Shown here in pieces: positions 23,467 through 33,493 of a stretch of 34,366 nt of DNA. The position numbers and the translations under genes are program-made. This DNA comes from a virus (taxonomy: Duplodnaviria > Caudoviricetes), in the IMG/VR virus record IMGVR_UViG_3300020161_000598, positions 1-34,366 of that record; one strand, 5' to 3'. Position 1 is the stretch's first letter. Each line of letters opens with the position of its first letter. The notes beneath the pieces are model-generated. The model ran no database searches. It worked only from the letters and a program-made list of their open reading frames with translations, and was not told the DNA's origin.

Positions 23467-26400
23467 TTGACTTCAAAATATAAAAATAATAAATCTGTTG
23501 CAAAAAACCCAACAGTATCAATTGACGTTGATGACCCAAGAGTATCTTGGGAAAATTTAAAAGCTACACAATCTCGCATTGGATCAGAAATTGAAATTAT
23601 TGGTGGCGAAGGAAGACAAATTCTTTTTGGTAGTATTTCTAGTACTATTAAAGGCGACGTCAATAAAATTGATGATAATATTGTTCAAGTTGCAGGAATT
23701 CCACCAGTAGGAACGCCACCATTGGCAGTACAAAATTTAGTTGGATCTTGGGGACCAGATGGTGGTATAACAATAACTTTTGACTTTGATACAACAGATG
23801 ATCTTAATTTTTATATAGATAGATTTTTAGTAAAAGTCTATGACTCTGAAACAGAAGAATGGACAGACTTAAAAGCAGGTTTTGGATATCCTGGCTCAAC
23901 ATTCTTAAACTATACATCACAATCACAAACACTATTTTTATCAGCAAAAGATATATCTCAAAGTTTAGATATAAGCACAATTATATCAAACATAACTAAA
24001 GTTGCAGTTGCTACTGCTGACATATTAAGTGTTGGCAACTATGTAGAATCTAATATGCCAGCATTTGTTTCAGATTTGCCACAACCAGAATTTACACTAA
24101 CTGCAGGTATTGACTATTATTTAGTTACTCTTGATCCAACCAATATAGCTTTAGCAGTAACCAAAGGTTTTTATGGAGTAATTGTTGAAGAAAAAGTAAC
24201 AACTGAAATGGTTAAAGCAAATGTTGGAACAACTGGATGGGTTCAAGCAGCACCAATAAGTTCTGGAACAGCAGTTGTAGTATATACACCAGATGGACTT
24301 CACCGTTGGGTTAGACTAAGATACGTTAAATCCTATGGTGAGCCATCTGTATATTCAGATATAAAAGACATAACTCCTCTTCCTTTTATGCCAACTAATA
24401 CTGATCCACCAACACAGTTTACTGCTGCAAGTATTGCTTGGTCAGGAAATGATATTTCTGTTTCTTTTACTCAACCAACAACAAATGCTGGAACTACAGT
24501 TAAAGTAAAGCTTGTCCCATACGTTAATGGTGTAGAAAGCACATCTTTGTATGCACACTTTTATCATGTTATAGTTTCTCCAGAAACATCATTTAAAATT
24601 CTTTCTCTAGACATGTATGGACAGTTTGGAACATACTATTCAAAGTTTAAGGGGTATATAACTGCAGTTTCAGCTCAAGGAATTGAGACAACTGGAACAG
24701 TAATATCTGCGGGACCAATACAAAGAGCCAATCCACTAGCAAACATATACCCAACATTAGGAACACCAAATGTAAATACACCAACAGGATTATTTAGAGT
24801 AACTCCATCTGCTAGTGGATACATTGTTGATTTTGATATGCCAGCAGGAGCTAGCAGACTAGAAGTATATGAAAAATCAACAGATTGGACTGTTATTCCA
24901 ACAAACGATGACAATGTTGTTTATTCTGGAGTTAGCCCTGCAAGTATTCCAACACCAGACAATAGCACAAGATATGTTATTGTACGTTACTATGATCAAT
25001 ATGATAATTATTCTCACTACAGTATGGAAGTTGTTGGACAAACATCAGGTGAAGAGGTTACTCCAATTGATATTGGGCTAGAATCTCTTATTGAGTTTCC
25101 AATTAAAATAGCAACTGACGGATCTATTTTTTCTGGTGCTGGAGATCACACTATTTATCCTCAAGTATTTTTTAATAGAGACGGACTATTTGCATAAGAT
25201 GCTGACGGTGACTGGACAACACAGATTATCAATAGTGCTGAATCAGAAGAGCCTACATTTTTTACTAAGAGAGCAGTGATTGGAAACTGGACGATATCTC
25301 CAGATGGTCTGCAAAATACTTTGTTTGCATCAGGTTTAAATAATGATTATACTGGAATGTCTGCCAATCAAACTTATGCTTTCTGGGCTGGAGCAGAATC
25401 ATCTTTAAATTCTGATGGACTTGCCAAGTTCTCTGTAAAGCCTACTGGTGAGGTAGTTGCTAGCAAGATAACGATAAATGGCGACGGTACTGGTGGAGAT
25501 TTAATTCGTGCAGGTAATACAAACTTTATAGTAACACAAGCAGGAGCATTAACTGCACAGTCTGCAATAATAAAGGGTAGGTTTGAGGTTGATGGTCAAT
25601 CTTACTTTGATGCCAATGTAAACATTAGAAATGGTTACTTAATTGCTGGAAGCGGTGGGGTAAATGTAGGACCAAACGTACAGATAGGTTCAATGGGTCT
25701 ACAAGCATTAAATGCCTCTAATGCAGCAACAACTAAAATATATACATCTCCTCTATCTGTTTCAATAACAGATGCAGTGACTGGAAATACTGAAACAGTA
25801 TCTGGAATTACAATATGGAGCAAAAAAGCTTTATTTGGTTCTACAGAATCTTCTGGTTTTGTGATAACAGATGGATCTATAAAAGCAAACTATATAACGA
25901 TAGACTCAGCAGACCAGTCAATTACTTTAAGATCAAAAACATCTCTATCAACTAATGGTATTGTTTTAAGAGCAACCAGCGATACTGGTTATGCTATTTC
26001 AGCAGGAAACATTACTGATCCATCAATTGCTCCATTTTCAGTAACAACCAAGGGAGACCTATTTGCACAGAATGCTACAATTATAGGAACAATAAAAGCT
26101 AAACTTGGAGGATTTGGGTATTATAATCCAACTACTGCTGCATTAGTTAATGGCTGGGATGTAACTGGTGATACAACATCAGCATCCATAACTGCAACTG
26201 GAACGGCAAACATAGACTTATCTTCAGGTGGATCAATTATTGTTGGTAGCTACAAGATTAAGAGTGGAGGTACAGATTTTTCTATTACAAATATTTCTAG
26301 CGGTCAAAACATTTTGACAACAGATACTCTTGCAGGAATATCAAGAATTTTCTTAGGACAAGAAGGAAGACAGGTTGAGGTTTCAAAAAATGCTGAAATA

Positions 26401-26547
26401 TCTGGAGAGTATACTGGATCTGCACAAGATTATCGTTCTGGCGGTTTAAGAAATATGTTTACTATCACTGTTAATCAATTTGCATCAAATACAAATGCTT
26501 TTCCAAGTGCTTCTAGTGGATCGGTTTTATTGGTGTATACACCATAA
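23467..26547 (+). CDS. minor tail protein (~1026 aa) interrupted by a single in-frame TAA at 25195-25197
   Basis: ORFs 23467..25197 and 25276..26547 are in the same frame, and the 26 codons between them are open and protein-like. Ig/FN3-like N-terminal part; Gly/Thr/Ser-rich beta-repeat C-terminal part. Could alternatively be two genes or a pseudogene. Confidence 0.65.
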
Positions 26548-26559
26548 TAGGTTTTTAAT

Positions 26560-29415
26560 ATGACGATTAAACTAAAGGTGGGTAGTTCATGGCAGGATGT
26601 TGCTTCTTTTAAACTAAAGGTAGGTAGTGTTTGGAAAAATATATCTAAGGCTTATCTTAAAACAGGTTCAGTTTGGCAAATATTTTTTGGTAAGCCTGGA
26701 CCATTTACAACCACTGCTCCATACTTTTCTTCAGATACAGCAGGAAATGATTATGTAATTGAACCTATTATTTTTGGTTCAACAAAATATGGTCAAAGAG
26801 GAGTTTGGGACGGGGATGGTGAAACAATATCTTCATATACATATAAACTTGAAGGTTCAGACTCTGCAATACTAGAAGATGGACCATATACTAGTCTTAT
26901 ATCTGAAACATCTATGGGTGGATCATATGTTTCAATAACATTTGATTCAGATTTGTGGGACGGACAATGGTTAATTTTTACAGTAAAAGCTACAACTACA
27001 ACTGGAACGACTGGCTCAGACAACACAGATAATATAGAAACTGGTCTTGGATATAGAATTCCACTAATTAGAAATAATCCAGTTAAACAAACAGGAACAA
27101 ATGCAACCATATCTGGAATTACTACAAGTTTACCAGCAACTCTTACATACACTTCATCATGGAATGGAACTAAACCATACCTGCCAGATTCAACAAGAAG
27201 CTCAGTTAAATGGTATACAGCAACTTCTAATACATATACAGCAGATAATATAGCAACATATGGAACAGAGGTAACATCAGGTATAACTACTACTACACCT
27301 TCTGTAACTTCTAATGTTTATAATGTAACTTCGTCTTTAGTTACACCAGAAACAATCCCAGCAGACACTTATTACTATGCTGTTGACACACAAAAAAATA
27401 GTGGAACAGACTATAATATGGGGACAGACTTTGGAATAAAACAGTTTGATGTTTTTGGTCCAATACAAACTCCTCCAAACCCTCCTACAAACTTACAAAG
27501 AACTTTGGGTAATGGAACTTCAAAAACTTTTAGTTGGACAGCTCCAGTAGGTGGAGGAACATTAACACGATATGAGTATAGATATACAAGCCCATTTGGT
27601 GATTCAGGTTGGATTAGCAATAATCTTTTGACTAGTGTTTCAATATCAACAGTTTACGGATCACAAAATGTATTTTCTGTAAGGTCTGTTGGACCAATCA
27701 ATAACGAATCATCTGCAGTTTTAACTCCATCATTTACTGTACCAAGAGTTACCACAGCACCATCTGCTATAACAATTAGATCAACATCAGCAGAAATAGA
27801 CTGGGCATCTAATGATCAATATAGTTATTCTATTTCTTTATCTCCAGCAGGGGCAACATCTCCATATACAGGTATTACCTCAGAATCTGTACCAATATCA
27901 ACACCTTCTCTTGATCTTCAACCAAGCACAACATATACACCAACAATAACAATTACATCATCTACTGGAGATACACATACGTTGCAGGGAACACCTTTTA
28001 CAACTCTTGCACCAGTTCCAGGACCACCAACAAACTTACAAAGAACACTTGGTGATGGTACTAATAAAACTTTTACTTGGGATGCCCCAACATATGGAGC
28101 AACAGTTACATCTTATGAATATGCACAAAGTGGTGGCATGGGAGGAACACTTACATGGACTAATATTGGTTTGGTTAATTCTATTAACTTTACAAACTTT
28201 GGTGGTACTAATGTAGCATTTAATGTAAGAGCTGTAAGTGCTTCAGGAACTGGATCATTAGCAAGTACTGGACAGTTTACCGTACCAGAAATTTCTTCTT
28301 TTCCAGATGCTTATTCAGTATCATCAGTTAGTGCAGCATTTAACTGGACAAATCAGACTACTAATCAATCTACATTTTCTTTATCAATACCAGGAGCTAC
28401 AGATACTCCATTTACTGGAACTACAGGAACAACTTATGCTGTTAACAATAAATTAACTCCTAGCACAACTTATAGTCCAAGACTAACAATAACTTCACCA
28501 ACGGGAGATACTGCAACTAAAATTGGAGTATCATTTACAACATCTTCAGCAATTCCAGCAGCTCCGCCAAACTTACAAAAATCTGCAGGAAATGGTGGAT
28601 CAAAAACATTTACATGGGAGGCACCATCTGGAGAGGTAACATCATACGAGGTTCAAGTAAATAACCTGGGATATGTAGACATTGGTAATGTTTTAACATA
28701 TAGCGTGACTGGATTATCTGGAAGTAATACTTTTTATGTTAGAGCAAAAAACTCAATAGAAACTGGCTTTGCATCATCTATATCTATGGTTATTCCAACA
28801 ATATCTTCAGCACTTACATCTTCTGCAGTTGCTGCTACATCAGCCACACTTTCTTGGGGATCTACAAACCAGTCAACTTATTCTATATCAATTCCAGGAG
28901 CACCATCTACACCATATACAGGAACAAGTGCTGTTACTAGATCAATTACTAGCTTAACTGAAAATACAATATACTCCCCATCTCTATCTGTAATATCAAG
29001 TGCTAGTGATACAGTGTCTTCTTCAACATCTTTCTGCACATTGGCAGGTCCTGCATCTATTAGTATTACCAATGTTACTTCAAATGGTTTTACCGCAAGC
29101 TGGTCATCAACCAATGCTACACAATTTTATGTTGATATTTTTAGAACTAGCAATGGCACTTCAATTAGTGGATACCCAAAATTTACAACTACTACAACTT
29201 CTGGAGCATTGACTGGTCTAGTAACTAATACTAATTATACTATTAGTGTAACTGGATTAAATCAAAATACTATTGCAGGAACATATGCTACTGTAACTCA
29301 AACTACAGGTGCTGCTTCTCCATTCTTCCCTCCATTCTTCCCTCCATTCTTCCCATTCTTCCCACCTACATTTGGTCCATTCTTCCCTCCATTTTTTGGA
29401 TCAGACCCAGTATAG
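26560..29415 (+). CDS. FN3-repeat tail fibre / adhesin-like virion protein
   Basis: 951 aa, Thr/Ser-rich. Three units starting with P..P.NLQ...G.G..KTF.W.AP at about 27475, 28018 and 28555, with FN3-type Y.Y and F.VRA/S strands. Confidence 0.8.
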   Translation: MTIKLKVGSSWQDVASFKLKVGSVWKNISKAYLKTGSVWQIFFGKPGPFTTTAPYFSSDTAGNDYVIEPIIFGSTKYGQRGVWDGDGETISSYTYKLEGSDSAILEDGPYTSLISETSMGGSYVSITFDSDLWDGQWLIFTVKATTTTGTTGSDNTDNIETGLGYRIPLIRNNPVKQTGTNATISGITTSLPATLTYTSSWNGTKPYLPDSTRSSVKWYTATSNTYTADNIATYGTEVTSGITTTTPSVTSNVYNVTSSLVTPETIPADTYYYAVDTQKNSGTDYNMGTDFGIKQFDVFGPIQTPPNPPTNLQRTLGNGTSKTFSWTAPVGGGTLTRYEYRYTSPFGDSGWISNNLLTSVSISTVYGSQNVFSVRSVGPINNESSAVLTPSFTVPRVTTAPSAITIRSTSAEIDWASNDQYSYSISLSPAGATSPYTGITSESVPISTPSLDLQPSTTYTPTITITSSTGDTHTLQGTPFTTLAPVPGPPTNLQRTLGDGTNKTFTWDAPTYGATVTSYEYAQSGGMGGTLTWTNIGLVNSINFTNFGGTNVAFNVRAVSASGTGSLASTGQFTVPEISSFPDAYSVSSVSAAFNWTNQTTNQSTFSLSIPGATDTPFTGTTGTTYAVNNKLTPSTTYSPRLTITSPTGDTATKIGVSFTTSSAIPAAPPNLQKSAGNGGSKTFTWEAPSGEVTSYEVQVNNLGYVDIGNVLTYSVTGLSGSNTFYVRAKNSIETGFASSISMVIPTISSALTSSAVAATSATLSWGSTNQSTYSISIPGAPSTPYTGTSAVTRSITSLTENTIYSPSLSVISSASDTVSSSTSFCTLAGPASISITNVTSNGFTASWSSTNATQFYVDIFRTSNGTSISGYPKFTTTTTSGALTGLVTNTNYTISVTGLNQNTIAGTYATVTQTTGAASPFFPPFFPPFFPFFPPTFGPFFPPFFGSDPV
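29320..29397 (+). repeat. coding microsatellite CCATTCTTC(CCT) encoding PFFPPFFPPFFPFFPPTFGPFFPPFF
   Basis: Direct read of tandem 9-12-bp units at the 3' end of the fibre gene. Confidence 0.9.
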
Positions 29416-29430
29416 ATTATTGAGAATCTA

Positions 29431-29439
29431 TGATATACT
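29431..29439 (+). promoter_or_regulatory. extended -10 promoter TGaTATACT
   Basis: TGn-TATAcT in the intergenic gap ahead of RBS AAGGAG and ATG 29468. Confidence 0.5.
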
Positions 29440-29467
29440 TATTAGGTACTATGCATAAGGAGAAAAA

Positions 29468-29683
29468 ATGGTATATATATTAACAAAAGAAGAAAAGATT
29501 AATATTATCAATCAACATCTTAAGAATCTAGAATACTCTAAGTTTAATTCGGAGATTTCTTTAGTTGAGGAATCTGCTGCAGTTCAACCACAGCAAATTT
29601 TAATTGATGAGATCCAGGGGCAAATAGATAACATTAATGCAAAACAATCTGCACTATTGCTAGAAATATCTTCTTTAGGATAA
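29468..29683 (+). CDS. small coiled-coil hypothetical protein (paralog 1)
   Basis: RBS AAGGAG; LTKEEKINIINQHLKNLEY motif shared with the next gene. Confidence 0.8.
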   Translation: MVYILTKEEKINIINQHLKNLEYSKFNSEISLVEESAAVQPQQILIDEIQGQIDNINAKQSALLLEISSLG

Positions 29684-29690
29684 AACATAT

Positions 29691-29903
29691 ATGTCAGAGC
29701 TTACCAATGAAGAAAAAACTGTAATTGTTTTACAGCATTTAAAAAATATTGCATACTTAGAATATAATGCTATGTTAACTCTGTCACAGGAGCAAGCACT
29801 GTCAGAGCCTAACAATAAAAATATACAGACATTAAATAATCAGTTATCAGATATTGTTTCTCAAAAACAAATACTGCAAGATGAACTAAATTCTTTATCA
29901 TAA
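29691..29903 (+). CDS. small coiled-coil hypothetical protein (paralog 2)
   Basis: LTNEEKTVIVLQHLKNIAY; similar length and heptad pattern to 29468..29683. Confidence 0.78.
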   Translation: MSELTNEEKTVIVLQHLKNIAYLEYNAMLTLSQEQALSEPNNKNIQTLNNQLSDIVSQKQILQDELNSLS

Positions 29904-29922
29904 AATACAAGGGGTGAAATAA

Positions 29923-30108
29923 ATGGAAAATAAAGCAGAGCTTATTATTATGGCTTTACAACAAAGAATTGGCGAATTAGTTTCAAATTATGAAACACAG
30001 ATAGCTGTACTAAGAGCTGAAATAACACAGTACTCTCAAGAAAAAGAATTAAAAGAAAAGGCAACAGAAGAATATTCTAATAGCCTTGAAGAAAAACTAA
30101 ATAACTAA
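29923..30108 (+). CDS. small coiled-coil hypothetical protein
   Basis: RBS AAGGGGTG; ALQQRIGELVSNYETQIAVLRAEIT heptads. Confidence 0.75.
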   Translation: MENKAELIIMALQQRIGELVSNYETQIAVLRAEITQYSQEKELKEKATEEYSNSLEEKLNN

Positions 30109-30121
30109 ACATAGGGGTTCC

Positions 30122-30313
30122 ATGTTAAAATGTACAAGATGCTCTGGGCGTGTTTTTGTTGACAGACAATATAGCAATTCAGATCACATAGAAACAGCGT
30201 GTATTACGTGTGGTAATAGAAAATTCTATCATCCACCTTCAGCAACTAAAGAGGGAGCATGGATACTTCAAAAGGAAAAATCCAGAGCCAAGCATACAAT
30301 AACGAACCTGTAA
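30122..30313 (+). CDS. small zinc-ribbon protein
   Basis: CTRC...CITCG, two CxxC pairs; RBS AGGGG. Confidence 0.72.
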   Translation: MLKCTRCSGRVFVDRQYSNSDHIETACITCGNRKFYHPPSATKEGAWILQKEKSRAKHTITNL

Positions 30314-30801
30314 TAAAAGGTAAAGTTAAGGTATGGTTTATCAATGGTGATCTTGTAAAGGTTTACCATAGTTCTCGTTCTACTGGAATGGTAACGTTTT
30401 ATAATATAACTAAAGATCGTTTAGAAACATGCTTGTTTTCTGATTTTAAAAAAAATCGTGAACGTGCATATAGTGTAGCAGAAACTGCAAAACTTGTCAA
30501 TAGACATAGAAAGTATATTCCAAGTTTAATTAAACGAGGAGTCATTCCTCCACCAATTGGTGCATCACTTAATGGTGAAAGATCTTTTAAGGTAAGAGCT
30601 TATTATTCAGAATCTCATGTCAGAGAGATTCGTGCTATACTTGCAAGTATACATATTGGACAACCAAGAAAAGACAAATTAATAACAAACAACATGACTC
30701 CTACAAGCCAAGAGTTGACACGGCGTATGGGAGACGGTATACTTACATATACGAGAACAGAAGATGGACGATTTATTCCAGTGTGGAGTGAGTCTATATA
30801 A
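30259..30801 (+). CDS. putative DNA-binding protein with MerR-like helix-turn-helix
   Basis: RBS GAGGGAG. YSVAETAKLVNRHRKYIPSLIKRGVIPPP...RAYYSESHVREIR resembles MerR/excisionase-type winged HTH. Confidence 0.68.
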   Translation: MDTSKGKIQSQAYNNEPVIKGKVKVWFINGDLVKVYHSSRSTGMVTFYNITKDRLETCLFSDFKKNRERAYSVAETAKLVNRHRKYIPSLIKRGVIPPPIGASLNGERSFKVRAYYSESHVREIRAILASIHIGQPRKDKLITNNMTPTSQELTRRMGDGILTYTRTEDGRFIPVWSESI

Positions 30802-30820
30802 TTTAGAAATGGGTGGGGTA

Positions 30821-31027
30821 ATGGAAAACGATTCAACAAAGGTAAATGTAACACTAGGATATACACTTAATCTAGGAAATTTTCAATCACTAAGACTTGA
30901 TCTTGGAGTTGTAGATAGCAAGCGTGATGGAGAAACTACAAGCGAAGCTTTTGAGCGTGTTTATAAGTTTGTAGAAGATAAGTTAACTGATAAGATTAAC
31001 GAAGCAAAGTCTGAAATCAACGAGTAA
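30821..31027 (+). CDS. hypothetical protein
   Basis: G-rich RBS-like tract before ATG 30821; KVNVTLGYTLNLGNFQSLRLDLGV; TAATG-coupled to the next gene. Confidence 0.7.
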   Translation: MENDSTKVNVTLGYTLNLGNFQSLRLDLGVVDSKRDGETTSEAFERVYKFVEDKLTDKINEAKSEINE

Positions 31028-31335
31028 TGGCTGAACGCAAAGACCGTATGGCTTTGCTTAGTAGATACTCAAAATTGCACACAGCAAAATATGAGCAAAA
31101 GCCATCTCTAAATTTAAATGTTGAACAATGGGCAGCAGACGGCCTAGTTGAATCATACGGAATGTCTCAGTGCTATGATTTATTAGACTACTACTTCTCA
31201 GTGGCACAAGATCCAACTTGGAATTACTTTGCTTATAATGCAGAAAAAATTCTTAATGGTAAACTAGATGTAGAACAAGATATAAAAGATAGAAAAGAAC
31301 GCAGGGCTAAAGCAAAGGAGTGGCTAAGTGAATAA
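31027..31335 (+). CDS. hypothetical protein (possible helicase accessory by position)
   Basis: 102-aa ORF overlapping the helicase start. Function not evident from the sequence. Confidence 0.65.
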   Translation: MAERKDRMALLSRYSKLHTAKYEQKPSLNLNVEQWAADGLVESYGMSQCYDLLDYYFSVAQDPTWNYFAYNAEKILNGKLDVEQDIKDRKERRAKAKEWLSE

Positions 31336-32551
31336 TACAGAGGCTAAAGTAATTTCAGCGGTATTACAGGATAAGCAACTTCATGTCTTACTACAGGCAA
31401 ACGTAGAAACATTCCTTAGAACACACAATGACGTATGGAATTTTATTCGTCTATATGCTGAGAATAATGGAACTGTTCCTCCAGCATCTTTGGTAGTAGA
31501 AAAGTTTAGAGACTTTGAAGTTATTAAAGAGGTTGGAGCAACCAAGCACCACCTAGAAGAATTACAAACAGAATATTTAAATGACACATTAAAAGATATC
31601 TTAAGATCAGCAGCAACTGAGGTTCAGGGTGGTCAGGGGTCAATAGCACTTGAAGACCTTATCACAAAAACCTCTACCCTAAAAAAGAATACATCCTCTA
31701 TCCGTGATATTGATGCTACAGATATTGATTCTGCTATTGCCTACTTTGAAAATGTAAAAGAGCAAATGGCTTTAGGTCATCGTGGTATTAAAACAGGATT
31801 GCCAGGATTTGACAACTACCTACCTTCTGGAATTATGCCAGGGCAGTTAGGAGTCTTTCTAGCATACCCAGGTATAGGAAAGTCATGGATGGCTCTCTAC
31901 TTCGCTGTACAGGCCTGGAAACAGGGTAAGACACCCCTTATTATCTCCCTTGAGATGAGTGAGACAGAGGTTCGTAACCGTGTCTTTACAATTATGGGTG
32001 AGGGTCTATGGTCACACAGAAAGCTTTCTAATGGTGAAGTAGAACTTGAGATGATGAAGAAGTGGCATACAAATAAAATTGATGGTCGTCCACCATTTCA
32101 CATTATCTCAAATGACTCTGGTGGAGAAGTAACACCTTCTGTAATTCGTGGAAAATTAGATCAGTACAAGCCTGACTTTGTTGTGGTTGATTATCTACAA
32201 CTTATGTCTCCAAATCAAAAGGCTGATAACGAAACGGTAAAGATGAAAAACCTTTCACGTGAACTTAAACTAATGGCTATTAGTGAAGAAGTACCTATTA
32301 TTGCTATCTCATCTGCTACACCTGATGATGTTAAAGATATGTCTACTGTTCCTACACTTGCACAAACTGCTTGGTCAAGACAGATTGCCTATGATGCTGA
32401 CTGGGTTTTAGCATTAGGTCGTGGACTCAATAGCGATATTATTGAGTGTGCATTTAGAAAGAACCGTAATGGTTTTATGGGAGACTTCTTAGTTCAGTGT
32501 GACTTTGACAAGGGTTACTATCGCTATAAGGATTTTGAAGATGGCAAGTAA
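31328..32551 (+). CDS. dnaB: replicative DNA helicase, DnaB-like (SF4)
   Basis: GIKTGLPGFDN, Walker A AYPGIGKS, ISLEMS, Walker B VVVDYLQLM, LSRELKLMA, IAYDADWVL, KNRNG. RBS AAGGAG before GTG. Confidence 0.93.
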   Translation: MNNTEAKVISAVLQDKQLHVLLQANVETFLRTHNDVWNFIRLYAENNGTVPPASLVVEKFRDFEVIKEVGATKHHLEELQTEYLNDTLKDILRSAATEVQGGQGSIALEDLITKTSTLKKNTSSIRDIDATDIDSAIAYFENVKEQMALGHRGIKTGLPGFDNYLPSGIMPGQLGVFLAYPGIGKSWMALYFAVQAWKQGKTPLIISLEMSETEVRNRVFTIMGEGLWSHRKLSNGEVELEMMKKWHTNKIDGRPPFHIISNDSGGEVTPSVIRGKLDQYKPDFVVVDYLQLMSPNQKADNETVKMKNLSRELKLMAISEEVPIIAISSATPDDVKDMSTVPTLAQTAWSRQIAYDADWVLALGRGLNSDIIECAFRKNRNGFMGDFLVQCDFDKGYYRYKDFEDGK

Positions 32552-33467
32552 AGAGATATATACAGAAGAACAGATTCGTCGTGTACTTAATGGTGCAGGA
32601 CTAGATATTGAAGCGGAGTTTGGCAATGACTTCATTATCTATTGCCCATACCACAACAACACTAGAACACCTGCTGGAGAAGTAGCAAAAGATAGTGGTT
32701 TGTTTTTTTGTTTTGGATGTCAAGTTACTAAGAATCTTATTGAGTTAATTATGTTTACTTCAAACAGATCATACTTTGAAACTGTTAGATATATCAAAGG
32801 TAAAGAGCAGCAATCTGATATCCAAACAATAGTTGGAAAAGCTTTATATGCACCACCTGATTTTGTTCAGTATGATGAACTACTTATTAAAAGATTAAAT
32901 AAGCAAGCAGTTGATACGCCAATAGCAATGAATTATTTTAATAGTCGTAGAATCAATAAGGAATCTGTAATTAAGTTTGATCTTGGTTATTCAGAAAAGC
33001 AAGGTTCTGTAACTATACCAATTCACTCACCTGATTCTATGTGTATTGGCTTTGTTGCCAGAACAATTGAAGGAAAAGAATTTAAGAATACCCCAGGACT
33101 TCCAAAGAGTAAGGTTCTTTTTAACTTGCACAGAGTAAAGAGTTCTAGTATAGTATATGTAGTGGAATCATCATTTGATGCTATCCGCTTAGATCAAGTA
33201 GGTTTTCCAGCAGTTGCAACGCTGGGTGCTAATGTGTCTGTATCTCAGATCAGACTATTAGAAAAGTACTTCAATAATGTTGTACTTATTGCAGATAACG
33301 ATGAGGCTGGTACTATTATGAAAGATAAACTAATTGAAAAATTAGGAAGTCTTGTAACAGTTATTAGCCTAGACAAAAAATATAAAGACATAGGAGACAT
33401 GGACGATGATGAGATTAAAAAACTGGAGTTCCAGTTTGACAATTCAATCATATCTATGCTAAAATAG
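32541..33467 (+). CDS. dnaG: DNA primase (Zn finger + TOPRIM)
   Basis: CPYH...FFCFGC zinc-binding domain; YVVESSFDAIRL, AVATLGA, IADNDEAG and KDIGD TOPRIM motifs. ATG 32541 overlaps the helicase end. Confidence 0.9.
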   Translation: MASKEIYTEEQIRRVLNGAGLDIEAEFGNDFIIYCPYHNNTRTPAGEVAKDSGLFFCFGCQVTKNLIELIMFTSNRSYFETVRYIKGKEQQSDIQTIVGKALYAPPDFVQYDELLIKRLNKQAVDTPIAMNYFNSRRINKESVIKFDLGYSEKQGSVTIPIHSPDSMCIGFVARTIEGKEFKNTPGLPKSKVLFNLHRVKSSSIVYVVESSFDAIRLDQVGFPAVATLGANVSVSQIRLLEKYFNNVVLIADNDEAGTIMKDKLIEKLGSLVTVISLDKKYKDIGDMDDDEIKKLEFQFDNSIISMLK

Positions 33468-33493
33468 AAAAAACAAACAAGGAGAAATAAAAA

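Noticed and set aside
25195-25197. Alternative genetic code (TAA reassignment)
   Set aside because: TAA terminates most genes here, including TAATG-coupled junctions; only one internal case is seen.
58-32540. ORF-track starts at 58, 1238, 4298, 30764 and 32499
   Set aside because: Downstream ATGs (67, 1274, 4355, 30821, 32541) have better RBS spacing or coupling. The extensions overlap an RBS, terminator, promoter region or upstream gene.
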